DNA from: Ramazzottius varieornatus
Taxonomy: Eukaryota > Animalia > Tardigrada
Assembly (NCBI GenBank): GCA_001949185.1
Contig: BDGG01000002.1
Coordinates: 2,663,826 to 2,727,825, forward strand
Length of the DNA stretch: 64,000 nucleotides
Direction of reading: 5' to 3'
Shown here piece by piece: positions 14,820 to 26,800 of this stretch (position 1 is its first letter; every line of letters starts with the position of its first letter). The notes beneath the pieces were generated by a model, which had not been told where the DNA came from, did no database searches, and saw only the letters and a program-made list of their open reading frames with translations. The position numbers and the translations under genes are program-made.

Positions 14820-15573
14820 CGACCAACGAAAACCTGGTTATCTCTTCCAGCCAGACAAGCTCTTCTTCCAGACCCAAACCGTACTGCACGACCTGAAACC
14901 CAGAGAACAGGAGAAGGCAAAGACACACATCCGATGGGGTCGGATGGACGGATGCAGCTGATATCTTGCGGTTCGACTTCGAATGGTGATTGGTGGAACA
15001 GCTGAGCCTGACAAGATAAAAATAATTGCGACTTGACCTGACATGACATAACACCCTGCCTTGGTGGAAGAGGCTGACTTGTGACGTCACAGTAAAGACA
15101 TGGCTCTCCAGTTGGCTGATTACTTCTTCCGCCAGAAGTCACCACAGAGTTTCCGCAAGGTATCCTTTCTCCCAAATGAAGACCGGAAGCCAGACATAGC
15201 TTTGCAAAATTTCGGCTCGACCATCGGAACTTTTACAGTACTCGTATGGATTTCCACGAAACTCGACAACCAAGATGGCTTTCCGAAAACTCTTCCCGCT
15301 CCGCTTTAGGTTGTGATGATCTTCAAATCGGTCAGTCTGGTATGGACCGACGTGCCTATTGGAAGACTCATACGGGAAGGGGGAAACCCGCCTCCGGATG
15401 GACCGGCGTGTGGCATCGGAGGGTTTCTGTGCCCAGCTCCCGAGTCACCCACGATTCGGGATGTCTCAGTGGGAGTCGTGGTGACCGCGGTACTTCTCGT
15501 CATCACTGGAGGATACACTTTTGTTAGATCGTACAGAAAACCCTCGCTAGAGTACATCTCACAAGGGGATTAG
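14820..15573 (+). pseudogene. Fragment of a receptor guanylyl cyclase / natriuretic-peptide-receptor-like gene
   Basis: Exon 15310-15573 encodes GGNPPPDGPACGIGGFLCP (the NPR juxtamembrane PPPDxPxCG..C motif), a TM helix (VSVGVVVTAVLLVITGGYTFV) and RSYRKPSLEY, then TAG. Upstream pieces (IRWGRMDG; LADYFFRQKSPQSFRK|gt) are broken by stops or frameshifts. Confidence 0.65.
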
Positions 15574-17382
15574 GCCAAGCATCTGCACCTGTCGGTCAGC
15601 TTCAGGTTTCATAAGTGAGGTTATAGAACAACGCATCCACTGAACATGTTCAGAACCGGGACGTACTGTAATGCTTCATGAACTTCGCGAAGTGACGTCA
15701 CAATGCGCGTAGGGTTTACGGGTATGATGACGCATACAATACACGCTACCTGTGACCCAGTTCCAGCTGGCCAGCGCCATTAGTGACGTCAAAGATCACG
15801 AGCGGTTCGTTGAGTCCATGTAGGTTGCATGTGGCAATTTCAGTCCCGAGAAACCCAAACGATCATCGATGTGCAAGCCGGAAGGAAAATAAAATAAATC
15901 TGTGGAAATAAAACCACGTAAGAAAGGTCCAACTTATGGATAATACAAGGTCGACGCCTTCACAACAGTTCAGCATGAGTTCATTCGACTACCGTGTCGA
16001 AAGTGCATCCCTTCAGGTGCAATTTTTTGATTTACAGTTGTTTCTACAAGACTACAGCGCATGCAATTTACTTATGAACCAATAAACGAGTCAAATGTTT
16101 GCACCGGAAGGGATGCACTTTCAATACTGTAGAACCAATGCAGGTCGGTGCGTTGCCAATCAGTTGTGGCTTGTAACTTTTCGAATTTCACGAGCCGGTC
16201 AGCTTATTGATTTTACCGAACGAGAAAATCGGAAAATGTCGGAGCGAGTTTCACCCACCTGTTCTATGGTGTCGTTATGCACCCACTGAATTCGAAGCGA
16301 GCATTTGAACTGTATTTCCATCTCGTAGAGGAAGAACTACTGTACAGTATATTACGTCGGCACATCACTTCCCACAGCTCTAACTTCTGATTTCCGATAT
16401 GAATATAATGGTCTTACAGCACTGTATCCGTCCAAGGTTTTGCGCAGTCACGGCACAGGCTAGTAAATATTGCCTGGCAGGGACAAAAGAACTTCAACGC
16501 CTTCAATCGAAGATCCCTGGCCAGTCAAGTGCAGCAATATGCCACAATAAAACACTCGGTGATATGAGGCCCTGGGTGTAATTCACTGGCCTGTCACGTG
16601 ACTGCGCGAAACCTTAGAGAGAATACTGTATTACCCGGTCTGTACCTACGTAATTTTCGCGTTAATGTTTACAACACAATTATCCAACCGCTCCATCCGG
16701 ACGGCGAGCTCTTACGCGGAAGCGATCTTTGAAGCCGACGCGGCTAGTGTTACTGTCAAACTACAAATTAACCACGATTGAGAAGACGCACACTTGGTTG
16801 GAAGTTTCACCCCGGATGGTTACCGCGTTGGACATTGTACAGTACAGTAGTGGTTCGACAAGACCACATACAAATACCCGCTCAAAATGAACGCTCGTCA
16901 TCATGAGCTCACACTTCCTTGTTAGGAGAGGAGAGTTATGCTTGACGTAGGCTGGGTGGTATCTTCGGTGTGTTATTGTGTATAATTGCTAATAAAGATG
17001 GGTCCAAAGGTTTATCAGCAATCGCAGTATCCAAACTGTGACTAAGAGATAAATGTTCCGGAATAAAAAGCTGATAGCTTAACATAACTCCAAACTTGGT
17101 ATAATTAAGCACTCCACTTCAGGTGTATACCGACAAATCTTAGTGAGCCTGTTTGCTACCGACAAATAGTCTCGATTGTTCTGCTTGGACTGCAACAGTA
17201 TTATGTTCGGTCTGGCTCAGCAAATCAGCAATACCGACAAAATCTTCCCGCGAAAATTCTGCCGAACGACTTTTATATTCTTGTCGCTCCTTTGGAAAAA
17301 AATATGCCTATACGCAGATAGGAACGCCAAGTACACTTCGAAATTCTCCTTCGTTCTTATTGGCCGATCCTTGATTCACCGC

Positions 17383-18511
17383 ATGATCCAGATGACCTTA
17401 TGGGCGACTGTTTTGTTCTATATCTCTGTCAGTATTTGCATCCATTCTTCAACAGCAACGGACAAAAAATGGTCGTTTATTGGGGTACCATGTCAGGAAC
17501 GGGAGTTCTGCGGCAACCAAGGCTCTTGCACATTTTTCCCAAAACTCCAGCTTAAGGCTTGCAAGTAAGAGAACGCTTGCGTAACATAGTACACTCGCCT
17601 AGCCTAATTGCCATGGAAAAGATATTGGGAGCTGGCTGAAAGCAGCAGTAGTGATCAGCTAAATCGAATGAGCGTTGCCGCTTTCGGCCGATTGCCAATG
17701 ATTTTGGCCATGCCAATGATTGGGGTATCCTCTTAAGCCTATCGGTTTTTTATAGTTGTCTCGATGGGTTCGAAGGCGAAAGGTGCGAATTTTTGTCCAT
17801 CAGCACCGAAGCAGTCAAAGGCGAAAAAGGCAAGTTCTGGTCAAAATTCCGGTCGACTTCACTTGCAAGAAGAATTTCATGGCGATAATATCATACTCCC
17901 ATGTCATAGCAGTTATCGCTCGAATTTCTGGTAGGAAATACGTCGATATAGAAGAATTTACAGTGCAAGGCGGCGCTCTCTCTTGCAGATAACTCGCTTT
18001 GCGGAGCCAACTTGACTATTGGCGTCATCCTGTTAATCATCAGCGTAATCTCATTATGCGTACTGTTCCTTGTATGCTTCCTTGTGTACCAGCTTCATCG
18101 AAGAATCCACAAAGAAAGGTGCGTCTGCAAATTTTGTTGTGCTGAAATTCACAATGCCGACATCCTGTAAACCTGAATGTTTCTAGGAAAATTAGCAGGT
18201 GTCCAGTTTCACGGCCACTGTTGGAGGAGATGGAAACACGGGACCGAGAAAACCGTAAAGTGCATTCTACCTTTCTCAAGAGGTTTCTCGGGCTCGACGC
18301 TTTGAGCGCTGGTAATAGTGCAGTGGCTACGAGGCGAAACAGCGTGGTGAACCAGCGAACCGTGGTTCAAACAACCCTCTCAACAACGCCCTCTACGGTT
18401 GAAGTTCCTCAAAAAATTCCTCAAGGCGCCACTCGCTGGGCTCAGACCATCAAACGAACCATACTGAGAACGGAGGTCTCCGTGGTGGACCAACAGCCAG
18501 AGGAAGCGTGA
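17383..18511 (+). CDS. EGF-domain type I membrane precursor, EGFR-ligand-like (spitz/Keren/TGF-alpha type)
   Basis: Exons 17383-17564, 17756-17829, 17989-18118, 18187-18511 join in frame. They give a signal peptide, a single EGF motif CQEREFCGNQGSCTFFPKLQLKACNCLDGFEGERC, a TM helix IGVILLIISVISLCVLFLVCFLVY and a cytoplasmic tail. Intron 2 has a GC donor. Confidence 0.82.
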
Positions 18512-20551
18512 GCCGTTGATGGCTTTGTTCTGCTTCGAAAGACGAGTGTTCGATCTGGTTGATACCAATGCAGCCCGCCGTTGGCTCTTCTGATATTATA
18601 TATTCGTTTGTTGACTATCACTATATGCTGTATACAGTACGAGGTCGAGCAAGCTCGCTCACGCACAAGACGAAATAAATCGTTAAGACCGGTCAGGAGG
18701 GGCTACAGGCTTTCTTGGGCCAACGGGCAGTACTCGTTACTTCTCTGTAACAACTACAGGTTGATTCTAATTGACTGTATGGATTTTGAAGTGGTGCGAA
18801 AAACTTTCCACTAGTCTCTCCGCTTGTAAGCTTCGCCTACGTATAGCTCAAAATTTTAAAACCATTCCCCAATAATTTCATTGCGCGCTTGTATGCTTTG
18901 GAAAAAACACGTAGAACAAAATTTTGACTACGAGGAAAACGAGCGCGGGTTTCAGAACCCAAAGCTGGCTCACATCTGTCCGATGTGTCGCTACGGGCAG
19001 CTTTTTGAAAGCAATGTGCTGATGCAGTCCCGTTTGGATTACGTTCGCAAATTGAAATAAGAATTTTTCTTTTTATGTTTCAATTTGTATTGAAAACTGG
19101 GTCCACTAAACGAGTTGGTAATCAAAAAATCCTAACTATTTTCTGTGTTATTTTTTTATCCCAGATTCAGCACAGAACGAAGCGTGATCGGATCCTTTCT
19201 AAATATCAGCTCAAAAAACTATGCATCATAGGAAAAAACTTTAGGACAAATTTGTGGTCTTGCACGTCAGGCATGAATAATTCGCTCAAAAACCTCGTTT
19301 ATCGCGAGGAAAACGGGTGGGTGGATTTTACCAATTAAACGACTAGACCCACGAACAAAAAACTTATACAGCATATCAAGATCTAAGAGAGATCTATCGA
19401 GGGAGCAGAAGCGTGGCGATGTCTGCCCAAAAATAGCTGTGTAAAAAATTCACAAAATCCATTCAGTCATTTAGAATCAACCTGTACAAGAGAAATCGCG
19501 CTTTGTCGCAGATTGATACTAGTATCAGAGGAAATGGAAAGTTTAGGTGAATGTGAATTTTAGAATGAACGCCAATTTTGAATGAACGCTAGAACAGCAT
19601 AAGCTGCCTCGGAGGACTATTTAAGCCGGAAAACAGCAGTTTGAAAGCGGCTTTCAGCAGTCCAGCGATATCAGTGCCGCCCTTGTTCTCGAAATAATAT
19701 GCGCGAAGAACAAGAGAACACCGGACTTTGAAGTCAGCGCTGTATAACTTTCAAGATGTTTCATTTTGGTCAGCTTCTGATTGATCTGCATTGAACCCAG
19801 CCTCAGTTTCACCCGTGTTCCTTTGGATCCGTCTGGTACAAGTCAGGATCAGGGAAAATGGGCCTGTCTGGATTATCATGAGGGACCTCTGTAGTCTTGC
19901 TGGTCAATGGCTGCTGTAACCATAGTTCTACATGTTTCCTGCGTGCGGCTGCGCGATCGAGCTCTTAGGCCGCCATGAAGGCGTGCAGATACACAATCAC
20001 GGAAGTCGAGTTGAACATCTACTTGTTCGTCATAAATCGCAGAGGCGTACCTCGCTTGACGCCAACTTCAAGGTCACGAAAGTCGGTTCTGTTATAACGG
20101 ATCAGTTAGGCCTTTGATCATGAGGGCTCGAGTGAAAATATCCCGGTGTTCATACGGAAACCATAAGAAAATTAAAGCAGCTCATCGCTACGGTCGAATT
20201 GAATCGATTTGTTACGTATATTTCAGGTCCGACAAGACCGAAAGTTCGGATCGGCCAATTTCCAGCTGGCTTTCAGTCTCAAAACCAATATTTGTTGATG
20301 ACTTCGGATCATGTTTACTGTTTTAGTTGGGTATATAAAAATAACTAAACTGACAAGTGGGACTTTGCAATTCCAGATTTTTGCTAGGACCTTCTGGAAA
20401 AGCAAATAGGAATATAGGAATATTAGGAATTACTTTCCTATTTTCCATTCCAAGGACATTCGGCCTGGAATTTACAACCTTATTCGCCGCACTGTAATAC
20501 GGATCTTGGTTCTTTGTCCTTGCCACCGGATGTGGTACCCTATTTGACGAT

Positions 20552-21607
20552 TCAGTCCTCGACGATGTCCCGTTTACGTATGCTGGTGGAAACGGTGCTG
20601 ACTTGAGCTTGTCCAGGTCTCCGTTGCTTCTTCTTCGACACGTACCCGAACAGTTCCTGGATAGCCAACCGAATGTCATTGTTTGCAACATTGAGGAGAA
20701 AGGGGTTGATAGTTGACATGGAGTAGGCCAGCCAGTAGGTAGCTTGGTTCGCGGTCTCGTTCCAGATACCTGTGTAGAAACTTATGACATAATAGATGTA
20801 CCATGGTGCCCAGCATCCAATTATCGCGCAAATCAACAGGGTCAGTAGTAGAAAAGCTTGCTTCTCTTTACGCTCTTTGTTCGATAAAGGAACCTTCTTC
20901 TCTTGGGAATCGACTGGGATTTCACCTCTCGGAGCTCCAGCGACCCGTGAACGGGTGCGTTTTGCCTGCATGATTTTCGCTACGATGATGATGTATGAAA
21001 CCACGCTCACTACACTAGGTATCCAAATCAACACAGTGACCACGTTGATAGCCGCCGCCCACTCTGGAAGTCCCTCCACATCCCAGTTGCATTGCTCAGG
21101 GTCTAGTGTTGAGTTAACAGACTGGAGCCTTTCAGCTGTAAACATTCTGGTCTTCGTGTATTCGAAGATCATGGCGAAAAAAGTGATCAGCCACGCGGTA
21201 GTAATGAGAGCCAGGCTTTTGGACATTTTGTTGTGCAGGCGGTAGGAGATGGCCCACGTCACCGCCCATACTCGATCGACAGAGATGACCGTGAGGGACC
21301 ACATGCTGAGTCCTGTGGCAAAGTAGTCGAAGAACATCCAGATTGAGCAGTTAGTGGGACCATAGTGCCACACGCCCAGGTATAGGGTGTACAGAGTATA
21401 GTATGGCATATCGATGGCTCCGACCAGGAAGTCCCCGATCGCAAGGCTGAGACAATAAGCGTTGAAGGGAGTGCGTAGACGGGAATATTTAATGAACACG
21501 ACGATGATGAGGAAGTTGGAGACCACCGTTACGAAAATCAAAATAGACAGGACGACTATAATCTCCACTGGAGCGGTGGGAAAAGCTCCTGGCAAAGTGG
21601 AATTCAT
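20552..21607 (-). CDS. Intronless class A (rhodopsin-like) GPCR, biogenic-amine receptor-like
   Basis: Seven hydrophobic segments. SN in TM1, LAIGD in TM2, TM3 C..W..FDY (Asp3.32), DRV in place of DRY, CWAP in TM6, NPFLL in place of NPxxY. N-terminal MNST glycosylation sequon. Confidence 0.92.
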   Translation of the reverse strand: MNSTLPGAFPTAPVEIIVVLSILIFVTVVSNFLIIVVFIKYSRLRTPFNAYCLSLAIGDFLVGAIDMPYYTLYTLYLGVWHYGPTNCSIWMFFDYFATGLSMWSLTVISVDRVWAVTWAISYRLHNKMSKSLALITTAWLITFFAMIFEYTKTRMFTAERLQSVNSTLDPEQCNWDVEGLPEWAAAINVVTVLIWIPSVVSVVSYIIIVAKIMQAKRTRSRVAGAPRGEIPVDSQEKKVPLSNKERKEKQAFLLLTLLICAIIGCWAPWYIYYVISFYTGIWNETANQATYWLAYSMSTINPFLLNVANNDIRLAIQELFGYVSKKKQRRPGQAQVSTVSTSIRKRDIVED

Positions 21608-22451
21608 CGTAAGATGTGAACAATGCAAGTATCTGAAGCACCAAGGAGTCTCCCAATTCCACGCTCGGAAATGTGCCAAAAGCCGGTGTTCAAAAGCTAG
21701 ATGAAGGAGAGTACAGAAGTCGCCAAAAAGGAAAGGCGGCAGAACTAGCGCGTCTTGGCAAATCTGGATAGGGGAAAAGTGAAGTGTGGTGTCAAGTTCA
21801 ATTAGAAACCCAAAATATTGAGGTACAGTACTCCGCAACTGTTGGAAAAAAGTTAATTGGGTTACCCGTCGAGTGCAGTTGTGGCGAGGTACTTCTGTAA
21901 CTACTCGATGGATCAGGCGTAATGAACAAAAAACTTTTATTGACTCTCAGCCTTCGTGAAGGCAATTTCCGCCCATTGAAAGGAATAAAGGGTGAGCGTT
22001 TGAAACATCTTGCTACTTTAAAAACTACTCAGGTGAAAATATGCGTGCAACTCGGGATTGCCATACACAATAGATTAGAAAAGTTATTTCACGAAAACAT
22101 GACCAGATGCTATAAATGAATCGATGTTCCCTTTCAACGGACTGACTATTCATATCCTGTTTGATAAATCGATAAATAATCATAAAAACGTACAAGCGGT
22201 ACGCTGATGATCGACATGAGTTTGAAGCGTGACTAGAAAACTTTTTATTGCTTCTTCGTGACGTCGGTGGAAACGCTGGTGAGCGCAATTTCTTCTGGAA
22301 TTATAGGTAGCGTGCTGTGGGTCCCTAAAAACCCAGCTGGTTCTTTTGACATGCTGCCAGTTCCAGAGGTGGCATAAAGACCAAAAAGCATACCGTCACG
22401 AATATCGGACCCATTATCGGTGTTACTTCAAACACTCTTTCGACGTATCGT

Positions 22452-22965
22452 CTGGATGAGGAATGGATGGGATTTCTATCCGGATTGCAGCTGGATGGAT
22501 GGGACTCCCATCCGGATAGATACTGGATGGTTAGGTTTCCCAACCGAATGATCCGGATTGCTACCGGATAACGGTTCCACCGTGTGGAACTTGGATTTTG
22601 CAATCCAGAACGGATCGAAGCCGACCCAAGTCGGGTTTCAACTTTTGCACAGCCAAATGCAGCCTTTGTTCCACGGAAGGAGCCGACAGATTAATCGAAA
22701 TCCGAACCGGACTGAAAGCTAAACGGTCGGACTGACTTTTCTGCTCTGAGTGTTATCAATGATCATGCTCCGTTTCCAACCGGACAAAAGATTGTATGGA
22801 TGGACCTTCCAACCGGTTCCAAACCGGATGGCTGGCATCCCTATCCGGTTGGCTCCTGGATGGTTGAGGAGCCTATCCAATCCGAATTCTATCCGGACTG
22901 TCCCGGATCCATTCGTTAGTGGATTGGCTTTTAACAACCCTACTCGCTGGATACTGCAACCCTGT
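22452..22965. repeat. Degenerate array of GGAT...ATCC/CCGGA hairpin units, probable TE remnant
   Basis: Recurrent units such as TGGATGGGATTTCTATCCGGA, TGGATGGGACTCCCATCCGGA, TGGATGGACCTTCCAACCGG and CCGGATGGCTGGCATCCCTATCCGG. The array ends at CAACCCTG|TA. Confidence 0.55.
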
Positions 22966-23040
22966 ATATCGGAAGAGCGCATCATGTTATACACCGGCAA
23001 TTGCTTCATCGGCTGCACTCCAGTGCAATTAGGCTGTTAA

Positions 23041-23568
23041 CACTTGTAGCACGACCGTACTCATTGTGAGTACAATGTGTCAGTTTCACTCGCCTCCCGA
23101 TTTTAGCTTTTGGTCTTTCGGGTTGGGGATATTTTGTTTGCCTGCAACTCGATCTTGTCATTAAGTTGAGATTAATGACCAGTGGTCAGCGAAAACGCAG
23201 AACGCTAGCAAAAAGTTTTACGATTTCGGGTGGTTTCGGTGGTATTTCAATCTTCGTCTTCTTACTGGAGGCACATACGCAACACTCATTCTGAAAAAAT
23301 CTGAAACAGTGAAGACAATTCCCTTTACCGAAACCAAGCCTGGGACAAATTTTCTTGTCATCGGAATGCTTTAGAGAAAATCAAAATGGCAAGGACTACT
23401 TTCCCCAGGTTGAACTCCACGGCCTGCCAATCTTCGAAATTTCTAAATTTCTTAAATTATCTATTGGCTGGCCCCGCCTCCTTCGCATTACCTTAGCCAA
23501 CCAAAGTCTTGTACTCACAAAGAGAACGGTGGTATTTTGCGAACATGAAAACCTTCGTGCTGTAAGTG
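23041..23568. mobile_element. piggyBac-type MITE (~530 bp)
   Basis: TTAA on both sides (23037-23040, 23569-23572). 14-bp TIR CACTTGTAGCACGA / TCGTGCTGTAAGTG with 2 mismatches, and subterminal GTACTCA..GAG motifs. No transposase. Confidence 0.78.
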
Positions 23569-23884
23569 TTAATGTTGATAGGATGGCTAAAAACAAGGAA
23601 ATGATCATGGTGGAGTAAGATAGATGGCTGGACTTGGTGCAAAACGCACCTGGTAGCCTTCTGGACTTCCTACGCTTCCCGTTCATCCTCCCTCATCTCT
23701 GGCAGCATTTTGTGGACGTCTCGATGGCCAGTGCAGTTTTGTAGGTGGACTTTCCCAGTCAGCTGTTGGTGACGTCAATCAGGAATCAACCGTACGAAGG
23801 CTACCTAAGTCTACCAGGTCTGAGCAACAATCATCATACGACCCTGCAGGGAGCCTCGGATCTCCGTGCAGGTATCTCCTCGAC

Positions 23885-26800
23885 ATGGCCGCTGTGTTCA
23901 CCTGTGAGCTGTGCTTCAGTGAGTGCAAGACTGAAGGAGGCTTGAAACGTCATAAAAGCTCCAGCAAATGCAAGACCCTTCAAGCTAACGAGGGGATTAT
24001 GCCTGTTCCCACCTCTTTTTGGTCAAACTGTCCTGGCGGAACGAGAGAGGAGAGTCTCTTCTAGGATCTGAGCCAGTGAGCTAAATCCCGCGTCGATCCT
24101 GGAACAAACTACAGGGACTCGGAAGTGACGTCAGAAACGTGATGTCTTGTAGGTCCACGTTAGACCTAACAAACAAACCCTGAACCCCATCAGTAAACAA
24201 ACTTGTTACGGCAAATAGATAATACAGAAATGATGAGCGTCATAAAAGTGATGGAAGCAAAGACGGGCCTTGCACCACCCGCAAACCAGAAGAACAATGT
24301 CTCTGCAGTTCTCGTGAAGATAACTGCCTTTCAGCTTATCAAACATAAACCTGGCTGGATTAACATACATGAAACGTTCGTCGGTATATCCCGACTTATG
24401 CCAAGCTTCAGCTATCAAACTTTCGAACCTGGGCGACTGAAACTGTTGATACAGCAAAGAGTGCAATCTCAAAATCACATCGCGATGATGCACTTGAACG
24501 GGTAAATCGTGCAAAAAGACAAAGTCGGATATCTTCTTGAAGCAGCCTTTGTACATCCTAAAGCATAACACATCCAGCGGTTGAATTTGACCGGTAACTC
24601 TCGGAGGGATGGTCAGCATTTCGTACTCCAGCTCTTCCGGTTTCAGTTCAATCACAGAATCTTGATCGGTGAAGGTCCTCCACGAGTCGGCCAAGAAAAT
24701 GCACCGCTCTTCCATATGGGGGAAAAGAACTTTCTCTGACCACTCTAAGTAGAGCTTCTTGGTCATCTTCCCGGGTATCGAAGCAGTGACATACAGATTA
24801 TCAGCCTTGAACATCGTTCTCGACACGATTGGACCAAACAGTCCTTTCTCTTCCTTCAGCGTTAGGAAAAGAACAGGAAGAAACTTACGCCTGCCCGGGG
24901 AGACCGCCATCATCACAGTGTAGCTATGTGTCATGGAATTCTCCAACTGGGTGATCGCTTCCACGTGTTTTACTCCAGCAGTTTCCAAAGTTCTTCCTGG
25001 TCTCATCTCATATTCAGAGCCTGACTGATCCGCATTCCACAGACAGTCTAACCCGTACTCTGCGATCCTTGATCTGACAAGCGCAACGCAGGCTTCAGCA
25101 CTTTCCTTGACGCTTCTTGTATGGATTTCTTGGTGACGAACTTGGTTATTTTCCGGTCAACGATCCCATAATATCTACAAAATATTAATTTCGTTTTTGA
25201 AGGAAATCGAAGCACAAAAAACTGTTGGTAACGTTTGAGTTTTCCGATCCAGTCTGGGGAAGCAGTGAAACCGGCCAAGTTCACTGTTTCGTTCGCAGTG
25301 AGAGCCCATCGACGTAAGTCCAAATCCTTGTCCACTTGCTTTTTCCTTTTATCGAGGAAGAACTGCTTACCGACATCCAAACTCAGAGCCTTCAACTTGT
25401 CCAGCCTGGAACCGCCTTCCACTAGCTACTTTTCCCAGTCGTACAGCTGCCGTAAGCTGGTTAATCTACCAAAACTTCTCTGAACAGTGGCCAACGTGAG
25501 ACGCTTCTTCTTCACGGCGTTTCTCCAGTATTTAACCGCACGTTTCTTGTACTTCAAGTTGACTAACTGATCCACTGGAAGCTTGGGTTAGGAAGTCGTG
25601 GGATGTATAGCTCATGGGAAGAAGGTTCAGTTCCGCTGGAAACAGGCTCAAGCAGTCTATCAGGTTCCGTAACGTCGAAGTCAGCTTCACTCCGGCCATT
25701 CAGCAGGTTGCACTGGACAACAGATTCTTCGTAAACTTCAAATGACTCGACGCGGATCTGCAGATCATGCTGGAGGTCTTCTTCAACGGCATACACAGGA
25801 GTAACACTTTGGGTGATCTTCGAGTTGATAAAATCTAGGAAAGATTACGAATTAATTTAGTATCTTTTTTGTTTTTGAGCTCCAGTGCACAGCAAGATTA
25901 CTTTTAACTATGTCCTTGAACTGCCTGTCAGCTTCGCTTGGAAAGTCGTCGATACGGTAGTGCAGTTTGTAGTCCCATTCCAGCAGCTTGATAACATTCA
26001 GCAAGTTGATGGATTCCATTTCAGAGAAGCGCAGGAATGAATGAGCAAATGAGAGAAGGTCGAAAAACAGCAGAAAACTTGATGAGCAGGAAGCACAGGC
26101 TCAATCAACAACCGAATCAACCATCGAACAATCAAGTCTTGATTGTTCACTACTCTGCTTATATACCGCCCTACTTTTGACGTCACTCCAGAGTCCCTGT
26201 AGTTTGTTCCAGGATCGACGCGGGATTTAGCTCACTGGCTCAGATCCTAGAAGAGACTCTCCTCTCTCGTTCCGCCAGGACAGTTTGACCAAAAAGAGGT
26301 GGGGACAGGCATAATCCCCTCGTAAGAAGTCCAGTCAACCTGCAGTTGTCGGTGATCAGAATCAGCTCTCACCAGTCGATAGGTTACGTCAGTCATTTCA
26401 GTCTACGCGAACCTCGCGCCGGATACCTAGAGGTGCACGGCCTGCCGCTGCTGTTGCGTTACTCAACGTTGTCAAAGATTGCACCAGGAAGAACGACACC
26501 GAGACTTGGTGTAAGCTTTTAGGTTTCGCTTCAGTTGCTCTTAAGCAGCCGGACAAGTTCAGTAAAGGTAAAGAGAACCTCACCTCGCTTGTTAAAGACG
26601 ATATCCTTCGCCCAGTAACCGCGCAGTCTCCCACGATTAACAAGGGAAAGCCTAGTAAGCCTGCCGATGAGGATGCCGCTCTGCGTAAACGCGTGGAGGG
26701 CAAACTCAACGAAGGTGACATCAGTGGTGCTGTCAGAACCTTGGTCTCGGAAGATTCCATCGCACCACGCACTGCTGAAGTGCTGGAAGCACTGCGGTTA

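Noticed and set aside
12279-18511. Rhomboid protease next to an EGFR-ligand-like gene as an enzyme-substrate pair
   Set aside because: The rhomboid has PARL (mitochondrial) signatures rather than those of the secretory Rhomboid-1 type that cleaves Spitz, so the adjacency is probably coincidental.
22452-22965. CRISPR-like repeat/spacer appearance
   Set aside because: The units are degenerate and irregularly spaced, there are no cas genes and the context is eukaryotic.
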